In this document: one piece after another, positions 27,721 through 40,162 of the stretch
How the letters are laid out: the number at the start of each line of letters is the position of its first letter
Numbering within the stretch: the first letter of the stretch is position 1
DNA from: Camelus ferus
Lineage: Eukaryota
NCBI RefSeq assembly: GCF_009834535.1
Contig: NC_045697.1
Location: forward strand, 83,702,001 to 83,766,000
Length of the DNA stretch: 64,000 bases
Direction of reading: 5' to 3'
Position numbers and translations under genes: made by a program
Notes under the pieces: model-generated
Database searches by the model: none
What the model was told of the DNA's origin: nothing
Seen by the model: only the letters and a program-made list of their open reading frames with translations

Positions 27721-28222
27721 CGTGTCTGCAGTCGCAGTAGCCCCAGTCCACCTTGCCGTGGGCGTTCCCATAGAAGCACCAGGGTCTGCCCGCGCCGTCG
27801 GGCTCCGGCAAAAGTTGTGGTGCTGCCCTCGCAGTTGAGCCCAGGCCGCCGGGGGCGACCGCTCGAGGAAAGGTGGCACCTCTGCCCAGTGCAGACAAGG
27901 GGCCCCGAGGTCTGTCACATTGACCCAGGGCTCGCCAGCGGGGCAGCCCCCAGGGTGTGGCCCGGGCGTGCGCCCCGCGTGGAGGGCGTGCAGGCGCGGG
28001 GCATGGAGCGCCGGCTGGGGGCGCAGGACGCGCGGAAGAGGGGCAGGCGGAGGCGTCCTCAGTGGCCGCTGCAAGGTAGGCAGGTAATAGGGGTACTGGG
28101 GACCCGGAGGGGGCGAATGGCGATGGCTGGTGGTGGAGGGGATAACTGAGGACCGGGTCAAAGCTGACCACTCCGGGGAGCACCCAGAAAATCAGAGCCA
28201 CCGCAAAGCGGGCGAGCGTCAT
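27721..28222 (-). CDS. PRSS12: Neurotrypsin coding exon 1 (signal peptide, Pro-rich region, kringle); contains two compensating frameshifts as assembled
   Basis: ATG at 28222 (ggcaccATG) gives MTLARFAVALIFWVLPGVVSFDPVLSYPLHH. Homology continues in another frame (SHRHSPPPGPQYPYYLP...GCPAGEPWVNVTDLGAPCLHWAEVPPFLERSPPAAWAQLRGQHHNFCRSP) and returns to the first frame as DGAGRPWCFYGNAHGKVDWGYCDCRH-G. Donor G|GTGAGT at 27721/27720; 502 nt, phase 1. Confidence 0.96.
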
Positions 28223-28250
28223 GGTGCCAGAGCAGCGGGGTTTGGTCCAT
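28158..28250 (-). promoter_or_regulatory. Putative overlapping upstream ORF (30 aa) in the PRSS12 5' leader
   Basis: ATG at 28250 in context ggagcATGG, 28 nt upstream of the main ATG and out of frame with it. Reads MDQTPLLWHHDARPLCGGSDFLGAPRSGQL then TGA at 28160-28158. Confidence 0.5.
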
Positions 28251-29932
28251 GCTCCCCGGCTCCGCGGGCGTAGAGGAGAGGAGGGGGCGGGGCTGCGGGT
28301 CCCTGGAATCCCCTACTCGAGCCCCCTCCCGTCCCCCGCGCGCGGACCGCCTCCCTCTACTCAGCTCGCCTCCCGCCGCGAGTCCCCTGCCGCGCCTCTG
28401 CTCCTGCGCCTCGGGAGTGGTCGCGGGCGGGGAAATCTTGGGCTCCGCGGAGACTGGGCTGGTGGAGAGGACCAGCGAAGGAGAAGGCGGAGACCCGGCG
28501 GGCAGTGGCGGGGCCCGAGCCCCAGGTAGCCGGCATTGGCACGAGCCCGGAAACTCTGCCCCCTGGCTGCGGGCGCGAGGCACGCATTGTCGCCCCAGGG
28601 CCGGACCTCAGCTCGGTCCCTGCCCGGCTCCGGGCTGTCAGCCCGTCCGGCCCGGCCAGACCAGCTGCTGGCACCGCCGCGGCTTCACTGCCCGAGCCAA
28701 GCCCGAAGGTGCCAACGCGGGGGACGGTCTTGGCTGCCCCTTGCCAGCTGGCAACATCACCATAGTCCCGTGTCTGGCGGCTGCCAAGCCTGCCACCAGC
28801 CCCGTGCCGCCCTCGTTTCCTCTGTTTTGAAATCTTTAGAAGAAAAGGGGGTGGATTTAGTTGAAACTCTCCTCTGATAAGTCCCGGGGTAAAAGTTATC
28901 AAAGCCCACGCGGAATGCTGCAGCCATTTTACTGAGCTGTGAGCTCCTCAAGGACAAGACCATGTTTCGTTCCGCTGTATATCCCAGTGCTTAACACCGT
29001 GGCCAACACTTATTAGGCTCCGATAAACATTTGCTGAAATTAAATTCCTGAACCCACCCAGGGAAAGTAGCTTGAGCCTTTCTGCTTCCTGCCTCCCACT
29101 TTCCACCCGGTGTCCTGAAACACCACCAGTTGTTTGGTTATTATTGGGATTCAGTGAGGCCCTCTTAATACCAAATTTCCTTTCTAACCAGAGAAGACTT
29201 CATCCGTTCGGGTCTCCATCCTATCCAAAAAGTCCATCCCTCTAACACCTGCCTCGTTTTCTGCCCGGCAAGGGACTTGAGTTAAGCCTATTCATTTGCC
29301 ACTCCAAACTGTACTCTGCCTGCTGCAATTTCGTAGCTGTTGGCTCGACCTTAGCAAAACCCTTTCAACAGCTTCCCTAGTGACCCCCCCGCAAAAAAAA
29401 AAAAAAAAAAAAAAAATGTTGCTTAGAATTTTTAAAAATCACAGAACTAGATTTTAGGATTTCCCCTTTCAGTTGTTGCTGACTATGCCACTGAAGTGAA
29501 ACAAGAAAAAGGAAGGCCATAAAGAAGGTAATATTTTATTTGCTGGCATAATTATGTTGCAGTGTGGAAAAGGACTACTGCACGATAATATACTGTACTC
29601 TGAAGGAAACTTCAGCACGACTTAAATGTTTATTGTTTAAACCTGGATTTCAGTTAGAACAGGAGTGAATTCCCTACGCCCATCTCAAATAATCTATCTT
29701 CGTGTAACGTTTTCAAATCATCTTACTGTTTCTAAAATGTTTCTCTCCAGTTAGTGAAACATTTGATTTTACTTCAGAGAGAATGGGCAAATGAATAATA
29801 TTAGGAATCAAGGAGTGTATTTATCAAATCTTTATCAAGGTGTTTTTACTCAAGATGATTTTACCTACTAATTTTTTTTTAACTAATACTTTTCTGGTTC
29901 CAAAAGCATAATTAAAACTCTCCTGGGTTGGG

Positions 29933-30085
29933 GCGGGGGGTAGCGTATAATTCAGTGGAGCAAGCATGTACGAGTTCCTGGGTTCAATTCCCATACCTCC
30001 CCTAACAAGAAAGAAAGAAAGGAAAGAAAGGAAAGAAAGGAAAGAAAGAAAGGAAAAGAAAGGAAAGAAAGAAAGAAAGAAAGGA

Positions 30086-30121
<36 letters not shown>

Positions 30122-30226
30122 AGAAAGGAAGAAAAGAAAGAAAGAAAGGAAGAAAAGAAAGAAAGGAAGGAAGGAAGGAAGGAAGGAAGGAAGAGACCTA
30201 ATTATCACCACCCCTCACCAAAAAAA
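29933..30226 (+). mobile_element. tRNA-derived SINE (Vic-1-like) with expanded internal purine microsatellite
   Basis: Degenerate head CATGTACGAGTTCCTGGGTTCAATTCCCATACCTCC, then ~185 nt of GAAA/GGAA repeats, then the family tail CCTAATTATCACCACCCC. Confidence 0.8.
30008..30194. repeat. Compound (GAAAG/GAAA/GGAA)n pure-purine tract
   Basis: About 185 nt containing only A and G. Confidence 0.95.
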
Positions 30227-31032
30227 CTACTTGGGGAAGAGAGTGAAGGTAAAATACATTATCTGGAGGAGGTTGTTTCCTTATTTTAGTGTAGGTCAAT
30301 AGAGTTCACCGATCACAGATTCTTGGTATAATAGGTGACAATTCTAAGAGGAGTCACCCTTTTCCTTCAGACCTTCTGCCGTTCACTTAATGGCCCAGGG
30401 AAGGCTCATCTTAGGATTCTGGCTGCCTTGCTTAGACCCATCTGCAACCCTTCCCTGCATGGCTCCTGTACCCATGGCTTCCTGGGGGTCTGTAAGCAGA
30501 CCCAATTCCCACACACCTTTGTACCTCAGAGAGGGGGAAATAATGAGAAAGAAGTAAGTAGAAGAGAAGATAGCGTATAATTCAGGTCTGAGGTCCAGAA
30601 AGGAGGGACCCTGGTGCAGCCTGGCCTCTCCTCCAGCTCTCTGGACACCTAAGAGATTTTCCAAGGTCTGCTTACATTTAACATACTGTAAAGCTGACAC
30701 ATACAAAGTGGAGTTACCCACAGAAAATTCCACATCTGGTTTTAATCGCTTCAAGTTTTTAAGCGTACCTTTCTTAGAAGATAAAATGGCAGGTATGTAA
30801 TTGGACTGTGAAGTTAGGGACCTCAATGTGGGTTTTGCCCTCTGTTTTACAGGCAGAGTATGACTTAAACAGAACTGCTCTTTACATACTACTCCCCTCC
30901 TCTGCTAATCTTTTCCTTCTTCCTTCTCTTCTTTCATTCCTCCTTGCTGCTACCAAGATGCAGCTGTTTAAGATTTCCAATTCCCAATCCAATCCCTGAG
31001 ATGTATTTCTCCCTCCCACTACAGGCACATCA

Positions 31033-31034
<2 letters not shown>

Positions 31035-31086
<52 letters not shown>
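31035..31086. repeat. (GT)26 microsatellite
   Basis: Directly visible perfect repeat. Confidence 0.95.
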
Positions 31087-31088
<2 letters not shown>

Positions 31089-32443
31089 AGGTGGGGGGTG
31101 TTTGCAGGGAGAGATCCTTTCCTTCTGCCTCGATTAGGCACTACCTAGCCAAAGCTCCCTCCTCAGAGTCTCCTGACCCTCTGTCACCAACATCAAAGCC
31201 AAAGGAAAGGGGGAGGCAATAACACCTTATTATAACTGTGAGAACTCCCCTCGATTTTCCTTTGCCCTCCAACCCCTTCAGCAGCAACAAATGAGCAAGG
31301 AGAGGGAACAGAAAGAAACAAATGACATCTTACAGGCATTTCCCACTACACTTAGAAAGCCCCAGAAGGCCCCCATAATCCCTCTTGTCACCTCTGCAAC
31401 CTCAGTGATTCGGGGCCCAAGAGCTCAACTCTCCCCAGCCTCTCAGCCTAAAACCTTGGAAAGTGATGAGGGGAGTCTGCCTGCCCACGTCCCAGCAAGG
31501 AAGGTGTGCAGTCTTGGGGATGGAGGTGGGACACAGACACACCTGCACATCTGTACTTTCCTGTGGCAACTCTGTTATATATGAACATTTGGTTTTATGG
31601 TGGTTTAGGAGATCATTTTACTTCACATACATGATGGGCTGTATAGCTCTTGTGTAGTTCGATTCAGAAATGCAACCAAGATGCATATTAGAGTTCCAAA
31701 AACCAGTATACCAACTAACTTTTGGAAAAGTTCCATTCACAATTTGGGTACTGCTTGCATTTGGAAAAGCTAAGAGGTTTTAAACATATGGCATAAGAAC
31801 AGTATTTACTTGTACAATTCCCAGGGAAAAAAATTAGTTAAAAGAACACTGAGCATTGCTCTTTCATATACAAGAAGAAATATATCAAGTAATATCAATA
31901 ATATAAGTCCCTGTCTAGGAACTGTGAGGATTTGAAATTATAAAACATAATCAGGCCTTGAGCAGGGGAAAATACAATAAAAGAACATATAATATTTAGT
32001 TAAAAGTTCAGTGAAAGAAAGACTCAGAAAATAAGTAATGAACTGCTGGGTGAATTGTTCAGTTATTTGGGCAGAGGGCCTCTGTTGGCAGGAGGTCTCT
32101 GGCAGTGGAGGTAAAATTTATCCCTCTGCTTTGTATTGGTCGCACTCGTCTTTGCCAGCCCTCCGCCAAGAAGATGTCTGAGGACCCCTAACTACAGGAG
32201 CTGTTCTATGTTTACATATAGAATCCTGTATAAGGGCTGCTGACCTTACATATGGTGTCCAACGACAAAATAAAATTTCTGCCTGACTAATCATATTCGT
32301 ATTGTTCATAAGGGGGCATTGGAGCTCTATTTTCCTCATTGTTTAAAGTTGAATTTTATAAAACAGAATCTTTTTTGATTTCCTTTTTTTTAATGATTTT
32401 TTTCTTGGTCTTGTTTTCTTTTTTCCCCTTTATTAATTTTTTT

Positions 32444-32560
32444 GGGAGGGAGGTAATTAGATTTATTTATTTATTTGTCTATTTTTAATAGAGATACTGG
32501 GGATTGAACCAAAACCTTGTGCATGCTAAGCATGCACTCTACCACTGAGCTATACCCCCT
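32444..32560 (-). mobile_element. tRNA-derived SINE (Vic-1-like)
   Basis: GGGGATTGAACCAAAACCTTGTGCATGCTAAGCATGCACTCTACCACTGAGCTATACCCC. Confidence 0.88.
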
Positions 32561-34734
32561 CTCTCACCCAGTTTCCACTTATTTCTAAAAATTCATCTAA
32601 CTTTGATATAATCCCTGTATAGAAATTAATTCTAGAGATTCATTTCCAGGCTTATCCAAATGATACATACTCTATATGAGGACTATAGATATCTCCCCAA
32701 AAAAGAAAAGAAAAAGGTGAATTCAGCCTTGAAATCGCTGGTTCATCTGGCTCTCACACCTACTCACTGTGGGATCTTAGGCAAGCTCCATTACTTCTCT
32801 AAGCCAGAGGCTCAACATCGGGGAAAAGCGGACAGTGATCTGCTAGCAGGATGGATCTCTGTGAGGGGTTACTAAGATAATGCATGTAAACTGGTGAGCC
32901 TAGTACTCAGTCCGTGCCAACTCACTATGGTAGAGCAGCCTCAGTAACTGCTTTTGAGTTCTTAACCCCTCAGATTAAGAAAACCTACCTCAACAAAGTA
33001 AGAAATTTGTCCAGGTTCCCCTTTCGGTCATGCTTCTGCTCTTGCTGCACCTCAGCTCCCCTTGAAGATGGATGACAAATGTGCGGCTGCCTGAGCTCTG
33101 CTCACTTGAGCGCTAGTCCTCTCTGATACGTTCTCTCTTTCCTCCTCCCAGCAAGCTTAGTCCCTGAAAGCCAGTGAAATACTAACTATTTTGAGTTAGA
33201 ACACTTCTCCTGAGGAGTTTACCTAAGGATCATGAGTGGTTTTCAAGTCCCTCGGTTGCAAGTCGGCTGTGGCCAAAGACGAAAAGTGTAAACAGATCGA
33301 AAGAAAAGCCTGGCTAGGACTGCTTGCCAGGGATCTGGGATGCACAGAATCTGTGTGTTGAAAAAGACTTAGAGCTCCGACTTTCTGTTAGTTGCAGGAA
33401 TCCTTCCCAGAGCATCCTGACAAGCGGACTTCCAGGTATTTCTTGAAAACTATTGATGGGGGAAATTCCTACTTGGAAGCCAGCACACTCCATCTCTAGA
33501 AAATCCAAATTGTTGGGAAAATCTTCCCATCTACTGAGCCAGAAGTTGCCTCTAGGTGGAAAGCTACTTTTATCTAGCTGTAATTCTGGTTCTACCCTCC
33601 TACTGATCCCAAATTCTGTTGTCAATCTAGAATCTAGCAGACCTGAGTTCAAATCCCTGTTAAATTGTTTATTATCTTCTTCGCCTGCAGAGGGCACTAA
33701 CAACTCCTTTCTCCCCTACTTCTATCCATCTTCAGGAAAGAGATGCCCTGATTTGGAGCAGACAAATCCAAAGAAAAGCAATTGATTCACATTACTAGAC
33801 TCCCTTATTAATATTATTTTATGAGACATAAAGAAGTCTGCATAAGCATAAATGATCAATGCACTATTTTCCCTCCTTTTGCTTAGTGTTTTTCCTGCTT
33901 CATCACTGCAATCTTAAGGACCATAAAGGTGAGATTGGGGCATGGGTTGAGGTTGAAAGGGAGAGAGAGAAGCTTTTCAGCTATTTGGCTTTTGGCATAC
34001 TACTAGGAAACTACTTTGGAGTTTGGGATAAAAGCCCCAGCTAATTGTAAAAGCCTATGTTTGCCTGGGCTTGTCCTGCTCACATAAATGCCCTCTGGGA
34101 AACTTATTGCCTGAGGATTGGGGCAAGGGAGGGAGGGGCCTGCGGGCAGACGTGGAGATAGGATTTAGGGATCCTGGCTCCCCAGTCATCCATCAATCAC
34201 TGCTAGCCTCTCTTAAATATAGTTTGCCTGTCTATAATGTGGAGATAGTTCTAGTTTACAAAGTTGTAAGAACTAGAAATAGTATGTTAAGTGCTGGACA
34301 AAGAACAAATGACTATCATATAAGTATGTGAAGACAATTATCAAGGCAGTAAACTGCAGCTCATAGAATTGAAAACAATAACTCAGATGTTTGCCCATTG
34401 CAGATTTCAGTGGAAAACAATGTCACCCTTGCTTCAAATACCACACTATGATTACATTAACGTTTCTACAATCACATGACACTTGGCTCTTTGCAATAAA
34501 CACAAAGTTACCAAAACTCTTGACAGTCTGACAAAATTTCCCATATCCTTTAAAGCCCTGTTCAAACTGAAATCTTCCCTAACCAAATTCTGCTCTTGAA
34601 ATGTGTGTTAGCCTGGCATGCTGTACACACAGAATTTTCACAATCACAGTCACATTGTTCCAGACTCCTCTTCATTATAAACTCTGCAATGGAAAGAATT
34701 ATGTATTCCATAGTGATTGGCCTTTAAATGGCAG

Positions 34735-35255
34735 CCAGTAAGCAATGGAATATTATTCAGCATTGAAAAGAATTACTCAGCATGAAAAGACATGAAGGGG
34801 ACCCTAAATGCTTATCACTCAGTGAATTATGCCAAGCTGAAAAAGACTATGATTTCAACCATATGACATTCTGGAAAAAGCAAAACTATTGAGACAGTAA
34901 AAAGATCAACGGTTGCCAAGGGTTGAGATGGGCCAGGGGATGGCTGGATGAACAGACAAAGCATAGAGAATTTTTAGGGCAGTAAAAATACTTTGTGTGA
35001 TACTCTGAAGGTGGATACATGTCATTATACATTTGTCCAAACACACAGAATGTATAACAGCAAGACTGAACTGTACTGTAAACTCTGGGTTTCCAGTGAT
35101 TGTGATGTGATGATGTAGGTTCATCAGCTGTAACAAATATATCACTCTGGTGGGGATGCTGATAATGGAGGAGGCTATGCATGAATGGTGCAGAAGATAC
35201 ATGGGAAGTCCATGTACCTTCCCCCTCAATTTTGCTGTAAATCTAAAACTGCTCC
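34735..35255 (+). mobile_element. Old L1M (L1MC/L1MB-like) 3' end
   Basis: GACATTCTGGAAAAAGCAAAACTAT..AGACAGTAAAAAGATC...CTCAATTTTGCTGTAAATCTAAAACTGCT. Confidence 0.75.
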
Positions 35256-35377
35256 CCACCAAAAAAATCTTATTTTTTTAATGGCAGTCATTGAACAAAT
35301 GAGATCTTAAAAAAATGCAAATGAGCTTTTTAAAATTTTTATAATATGGTAGTGTATTGTCTAGAAGAGAGATCACA

Positions 35378-35500
35378 GGGGGCGGGTGATACAGTGCATG
35401 CTTAGTATGCATGAGTCTTAGATTCAATCCCCAGTACCTCCATTTAAAAAAAATTTTTTTAATAATAATAAAAAATAAATAAATAAAATTAATCCCCCAC
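35378..35500 (+). mobile_element. tRNA-derived SINE (Vic-1-like), degenerate
   Basis: GTGCATGCTTAGTATGCATGAGTCTTAGATTCAATCCCCAGTACCTCC plus A-rich tail. Confidence 0.75.
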
Positions 35501-36179
35501 AAAATCCTAAACTTTGTTAAAAATTAACTAATTAGTTTTAAAAAAGAGAGAGAGAGAGATTACAAACTAGCAGCCAGCAAGATGGGCATGCCATCCAGAT
35601 GTATTTTATTTGGTAGAGATTCAAGTATTAAAAATATTTAAACTTCATGCATTATTTAAAAATCAGTAGCTCATCCACAAAATAATGGATTACCAGCTTC
35701 CCTTGTATATCTGTTAGAAAGCTTTGGCTACAAGTAAGAGACACCTCAACTCAAATTGGCTTAAAATCAGGTATTTTAAAGGACTATATGATCTGGTGCA
35801 ATAGGAAGCACCAAGTCCTCCAGGTTGGTTGCTTCAGTGCCTAACCATGCCTTTGAGCTGCCAGGCCCTTTATCTCTCTGCTTGATCATCTTAGTGTTGA
35901 CTTCATCTTCAGACTGCCGGCAAATAACAAGACATTACATGTAGATAGAGCCCCTGCTCAGAAGAGGAAAAGAGACTTGTTCTTTCTGTGCCTCTTTTTC
36001 AGGAGCAAAGTAATCTTTACTAGAAGCTTCCTAGGAGATATCCCCTCACACCTTATAGGCCATTATTGGGTCACATGCCTGTTCCTGAAACATTCACTGC
36101 TAGGAGGATAGACTTGCTATGATTAGCTTGGATTAATTATCTGGGAACTTGGGAAAAGGTCAACCTATGTATACTACAT

Positions 36180-36415
36180 TTTTTTTAAATTGAAGTATAG
36201 TTGGTTTACAATATTGTGTTAATTTCTCGTGTACAGCATAGTGATTTAGTTATACATAAATATTCTTTTCATATTCTTTTTTATTATAGGCTATCACAAG
36301 ATATTGTATATAGTTCCCTGTGTTATACAGTAGGACCTTGTTGTCTATTTATTTTATATATAGTAGTCAGTATTTGCAAATCCTAGACTCCCAGTTTATC
36401 CCTCCCTAACCCCTT
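36180..36415 (-). mobile_element. Short L1 3' UTR fragment
   Basis: ATTGAAGTATAGTTGGTTTACAATATTGTGTTAATTTC..GTGTACAGCATAGTGATT; same family as 12490 and 21085. Confidence 0.8.
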
Positions 36416-36671
36416 ACCGCATCTTGAAAAATCAGAAGATCTGGCAACATTGCAACCTTAATTCCCACATAGCAATAAATGTCTATAGCTGTTTCCATCC
36501 TTAGACTTAGAGAAACAGTCCTCAGTTCAGCACTACCTGCCTGGACTTTGTAAGCATTTGAGTTTACTACACCTAGTTTGTATTCTTTTATCTGGCAGGA
36601 ATTTCATGCTAAATTATATTTCACAGGTATTTCAGTCTATAGATTCTAGAGACTAATGATGAATGGGTAAT

Positions 36672-37159
36672 TGTGTTAATGTCTATAGCAATGTAACAGA
36701 CTTTTGTCCCACAACTTGGTGGCTTAAAACAATAAGCACTTATTATCTCACAGAGCTTCTGGGAGTCAGGAATCTGGGAGTGCCTAAGCTGAGTGGTTCT
36801 GGCTCAGTCTCTTATGAATGAGTGGTGATGGGACTGCAGTTATCTAAGGGCTTGACTGGGCTGGAGGCTCTTCTTCCAAGCTCACTGATGAGGCTGTTGG
36901 CTGGAGGCCTTAGTTTCTCAACATTTAGAATTCTCCATAAGGCCATTCGCAACATGGCATTGGCTTCCTCCACTGCCAATGATCCAAGAGAGCAAGAGAA
37001 TGACCAAAACTCTTATAACCTAATCTCAGAAGTGACATACCATCACTTCTGCCATATGCTATTACTCACATAGTAACCTAGCCCTGGTACAGTGCAGGAG
37101 GGGTGTGAATTCCAGGAGGTGGAGATCACTAGGCGCCATCTTTGAGGCTGGCTACCACA
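36672..37159 (-). mobile_element. MLT1 (MaLR) LTR, older subfamily
   Basis: TGGCTTAAAACAATAAGC..TTATTATCTCACAG..TTCTG...GCCATCTTTGAGGCTGGCTACCACA. Confidence 0.75.
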
Positions 37160-39679
37160 GATATGTTCTGTAAAATTGCTCTATTGACAGAGAATTTAAA
37201 CAGATACTTACTTGTAGTGTGACTGTAAGAATTTTCCAAATGCCAAATATCTTGGGAGTGTACTGTCAATAAAACAATCACTTTACCAGAAACACAGGGT
37301 CAGCTATAAGCAAAGATGTCTTAATTTCCCCAGAATCTCTGTTTACAATATTAGCAGACTCGGTCTTGTTTTTCGTCTGGTTGCAAGAAAAAAATTTTTT
37401 TAATCAATTAATTTAGGTATCCAGACTCCTAGCAAAAGATTCCCAAGTGTACCTGTTGCCTAATAAGACTTAATGTGTCAACAGAGCTGGAGTTATTAAC
37501 ATTTTAACAGGGACAAAAGAAAGCATGGAGTGGACAAACGAATTATGGACTTTCAGGCATCCTCTGAACTGAGTTCCAGGAGAGTAGGAATTTGGATAAG
37601 GAAGATGCCTTTGTATCACTTGTAAGGCTGCAATTATATCACTTGTAAGTCTGTCTGTATTAGAATATTGCTGAAGACAAAGTAACAGAAAGCAAAACAA
37701 AAATAGCCATGATTTAATTTGATGAAAACGTTACAAACTTTTTCAGTTAAATTGTATTCACCCTCTGTAAAACAACTCCCAAAATCTGGTAATGCAACAG
37801 TTTCTTGTCCAAGAAATTAGCTACGTACATTACTGTTGCTTTCTGACATACCCAACGAACCCCAAAGACTCAAAAGGCTTACATTTATGCATAACATTGC
37901 TATGAAAACTAGAAACAAAATTTACTGGTGGAGCTGAAATCAGAAAGAATTTCTTTTTTTCTCCCTCTTCCATAAAGCAGTTACATTGTGAAGGACATAT
38001 GCCCTCATTTGGGGACTGAAAGATAGATACAGTTTTGAAACAGAGGCTCATTGGCAGTAGTTATAGCTGAGTTGTATAATAAAACAAACTCAGAGCATTA
38101 AAAATATGATGCTACTCTAGACTAGTCTTTATTTTTAGAAGGCTTAGAAACCTCTACTCAGTGTAAAAAGTCTCTGTGTATGACTAAATGTTCTTTGCTA
38201 TCAAATGGTCATTAGAAAAATGAAATATGGTCAGTCGATCAACTAGAAAAACAGTATTTGGCACATAACATCAGTTCTGTTGGAGCTCACAGATGAGTCT
38301 AAGAACAGGCTGGAAGATATGGAAGATGCTGGGTTCCATCTAGGAGCCTAAAATAAGACATGTTAACTAGTAAGATTTTGATCTGCCAGAGAGTGGCTGT
38401 TAATGTAACACATAGGTCTTGTGGAATGCTTTTCTCCAGAAATGTTTTAGGTAAATTATTTCAAAGAATCAACAATAACTTTGAACAATATTAACCTTTG
38501 AAACTTAACTAGCTCAACAGGGCATATAATAATTAAAGCAGAAGGAAGAAACCTGTTAAGAAATAGATCTTTTGAAGTGTTTAAAATGTTTAAACACTGA
38601 AAAGCCACACAAAAACTGAACAGTAACATCCGTTTTAAGAATATAAATAATGCCATGATTCTCAGTTTTGACTGTGGTACAAAACAATCTTTGAAAGCTA
38701 TGATTTTGCGTTTCATAATTTTCTGCATTCTTTTATTTTCAAAATATTTTTGATATTTAGAAAGAAAGAGGACAAAGAGTAAACGGATCTTTAATGTACA
38801 CTCATTTCATAGCATCCAGTTGATCACTTAAAGATAAACTGACTTTTTAATAATGAAGAATTTCTCTCAAGTGGCTGGATGGATTTTTGCTGGCCTTAAG
38901 TAAGCTCTTGAATGAGGCACTGGGTCTTACTCATTTCTGGATCCTCATTATTTAGTACAAGCTTCTCCGTAAATATTTTCCACTGACTCTAGTCTCTTAT
39001 CTAGTTCTCTTATCTAGCTCTCTTGATGGTCAGTGGCTTACCTTTGTGAGATGGTTGGCTGTAATTAAATGCACAGGACACAATGGACTGCAGAGTTTTT
39101 TTCCCCTGCAAATTAAATGGGTTTTCATGGAAAATATTAATAAAAACGAAGAAAGCTCACTTTTTTTAGAACACTTTATTTTGCTACAAACATGCATTTT
39201 CCCATTACATTTTCTTTTTGACTCCCTCAGAAAATGGACTGAATTAATAACTCAAGAGAGTGTGACCGACACAATTTGTAAGTGTCTGGAGATGAATTTG
39301 GAGCAACAACAATTTTCTGAAAAGTACTTTGGTGACCAGAGTAAATCATACAAATACAAAATCAGTCAGGGAACTCACACAATCACACTGTATTTCTCTT
39401 TTTGCAAATACTGGAGAATGCTGAGATTTTGCTGTGTTTTATACAGCTTCACTCTAGCCTGCAGGGCTCGTGAAGTTGCAGAATATTAAACAATCTTACA
39501 CACAATTATGAATGAAAAATAAATTGTTCTACTTAAATCAGCAAAAATGAACATATACTATGTTCAGGAAAAGCAAATAAACAGATCTGATATTTTGGGA
39601 AGTTATAAAGCTGAAAAAAGAAAAGTTATGAACAATGCTGCTGTATTTAAAGAAAGCGGTGGTATTAACAATGCTGACA

Positions 39680-40162
39680 TAGATCGTCTCTGACTTACAA
39701 TGGTTCCATGTAATGATTTTTCGACTTTAAGGTGGTGTGAAAGCGATATGCATTTCGGTACAAACCACAAATTTTGAACTTTGATCTTTTTCCAGGCTAG
39801 CTTATAAGGTACGATCTCATGATGCTGGGTAGCAGGGACCACAGCCCCACCATCACCGCAGTAAACAAACAACACACTTAAAGCCATTCTGTCCCTACAC
39901 AACCACAGAAAAATGACCATCTTTCACTTTCAGTACAGCATTCAATAAGTTACATGAGCTATTCAACACTTTATTATAAAACATGCTTTGCATAGATGAT
40001 TTTACCCAACTGTGGGCTAATATAAGCGTTCTGAGCACATTTAAGGTAGATGAGGCTATATGATGTTCAGTAAGTTAGGTGTTATAAATGCATTTTTGAT
40101 GTACGGAATTTTCAACTCATGTTTATCTGGATGTAACCCCATGGTAAGTCCAGGAAGGTCTG
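39680..40162 (-). mobile_element. MER82-like TcMar-Tigger element
   Basis: Degenerate TIRs (GACTTACAATGG / CCATGGTAAGTC) with terminal CTG|TA; internal sequence resembles recalled MER82. Confidence 0.7.

Larger units (their letters stand above)
27400..28920 (-). promoter_or_regulatory. CpG island covering the PRSS12 promoter, 5' UTR and exon 1
   Basis: Abrupt GC- and CpG-rich block in an AT-rich background. GC box GGGGCGGGG at ~28283-28291; CCAAT on the minus strand (ATTGG at 28535-28539). The TSS cannot be determined from sequence. Confidence 0.9.

Noticed and set aside
27721..28222. Calling PRSS12 a pseudogene
   Set aside because: The frameshifts cancel, and exons 2-4, the splice sites and the CpG island are intact.
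28221..28963. Several 70-190 aa ORFs on both strands upstream of PRSS12
   Set aside because: Expected from stop-codon scarcity in a CpG island; low-complexity Pro/Ala/Gly/Arg with no recognisable domain.
29966..30289. 107-aa Lys/Glu/Arg-rich ORF and its Phe/Leu/Ser antisense ORF
   Set aside because: These are translations of a purine microsatellite.
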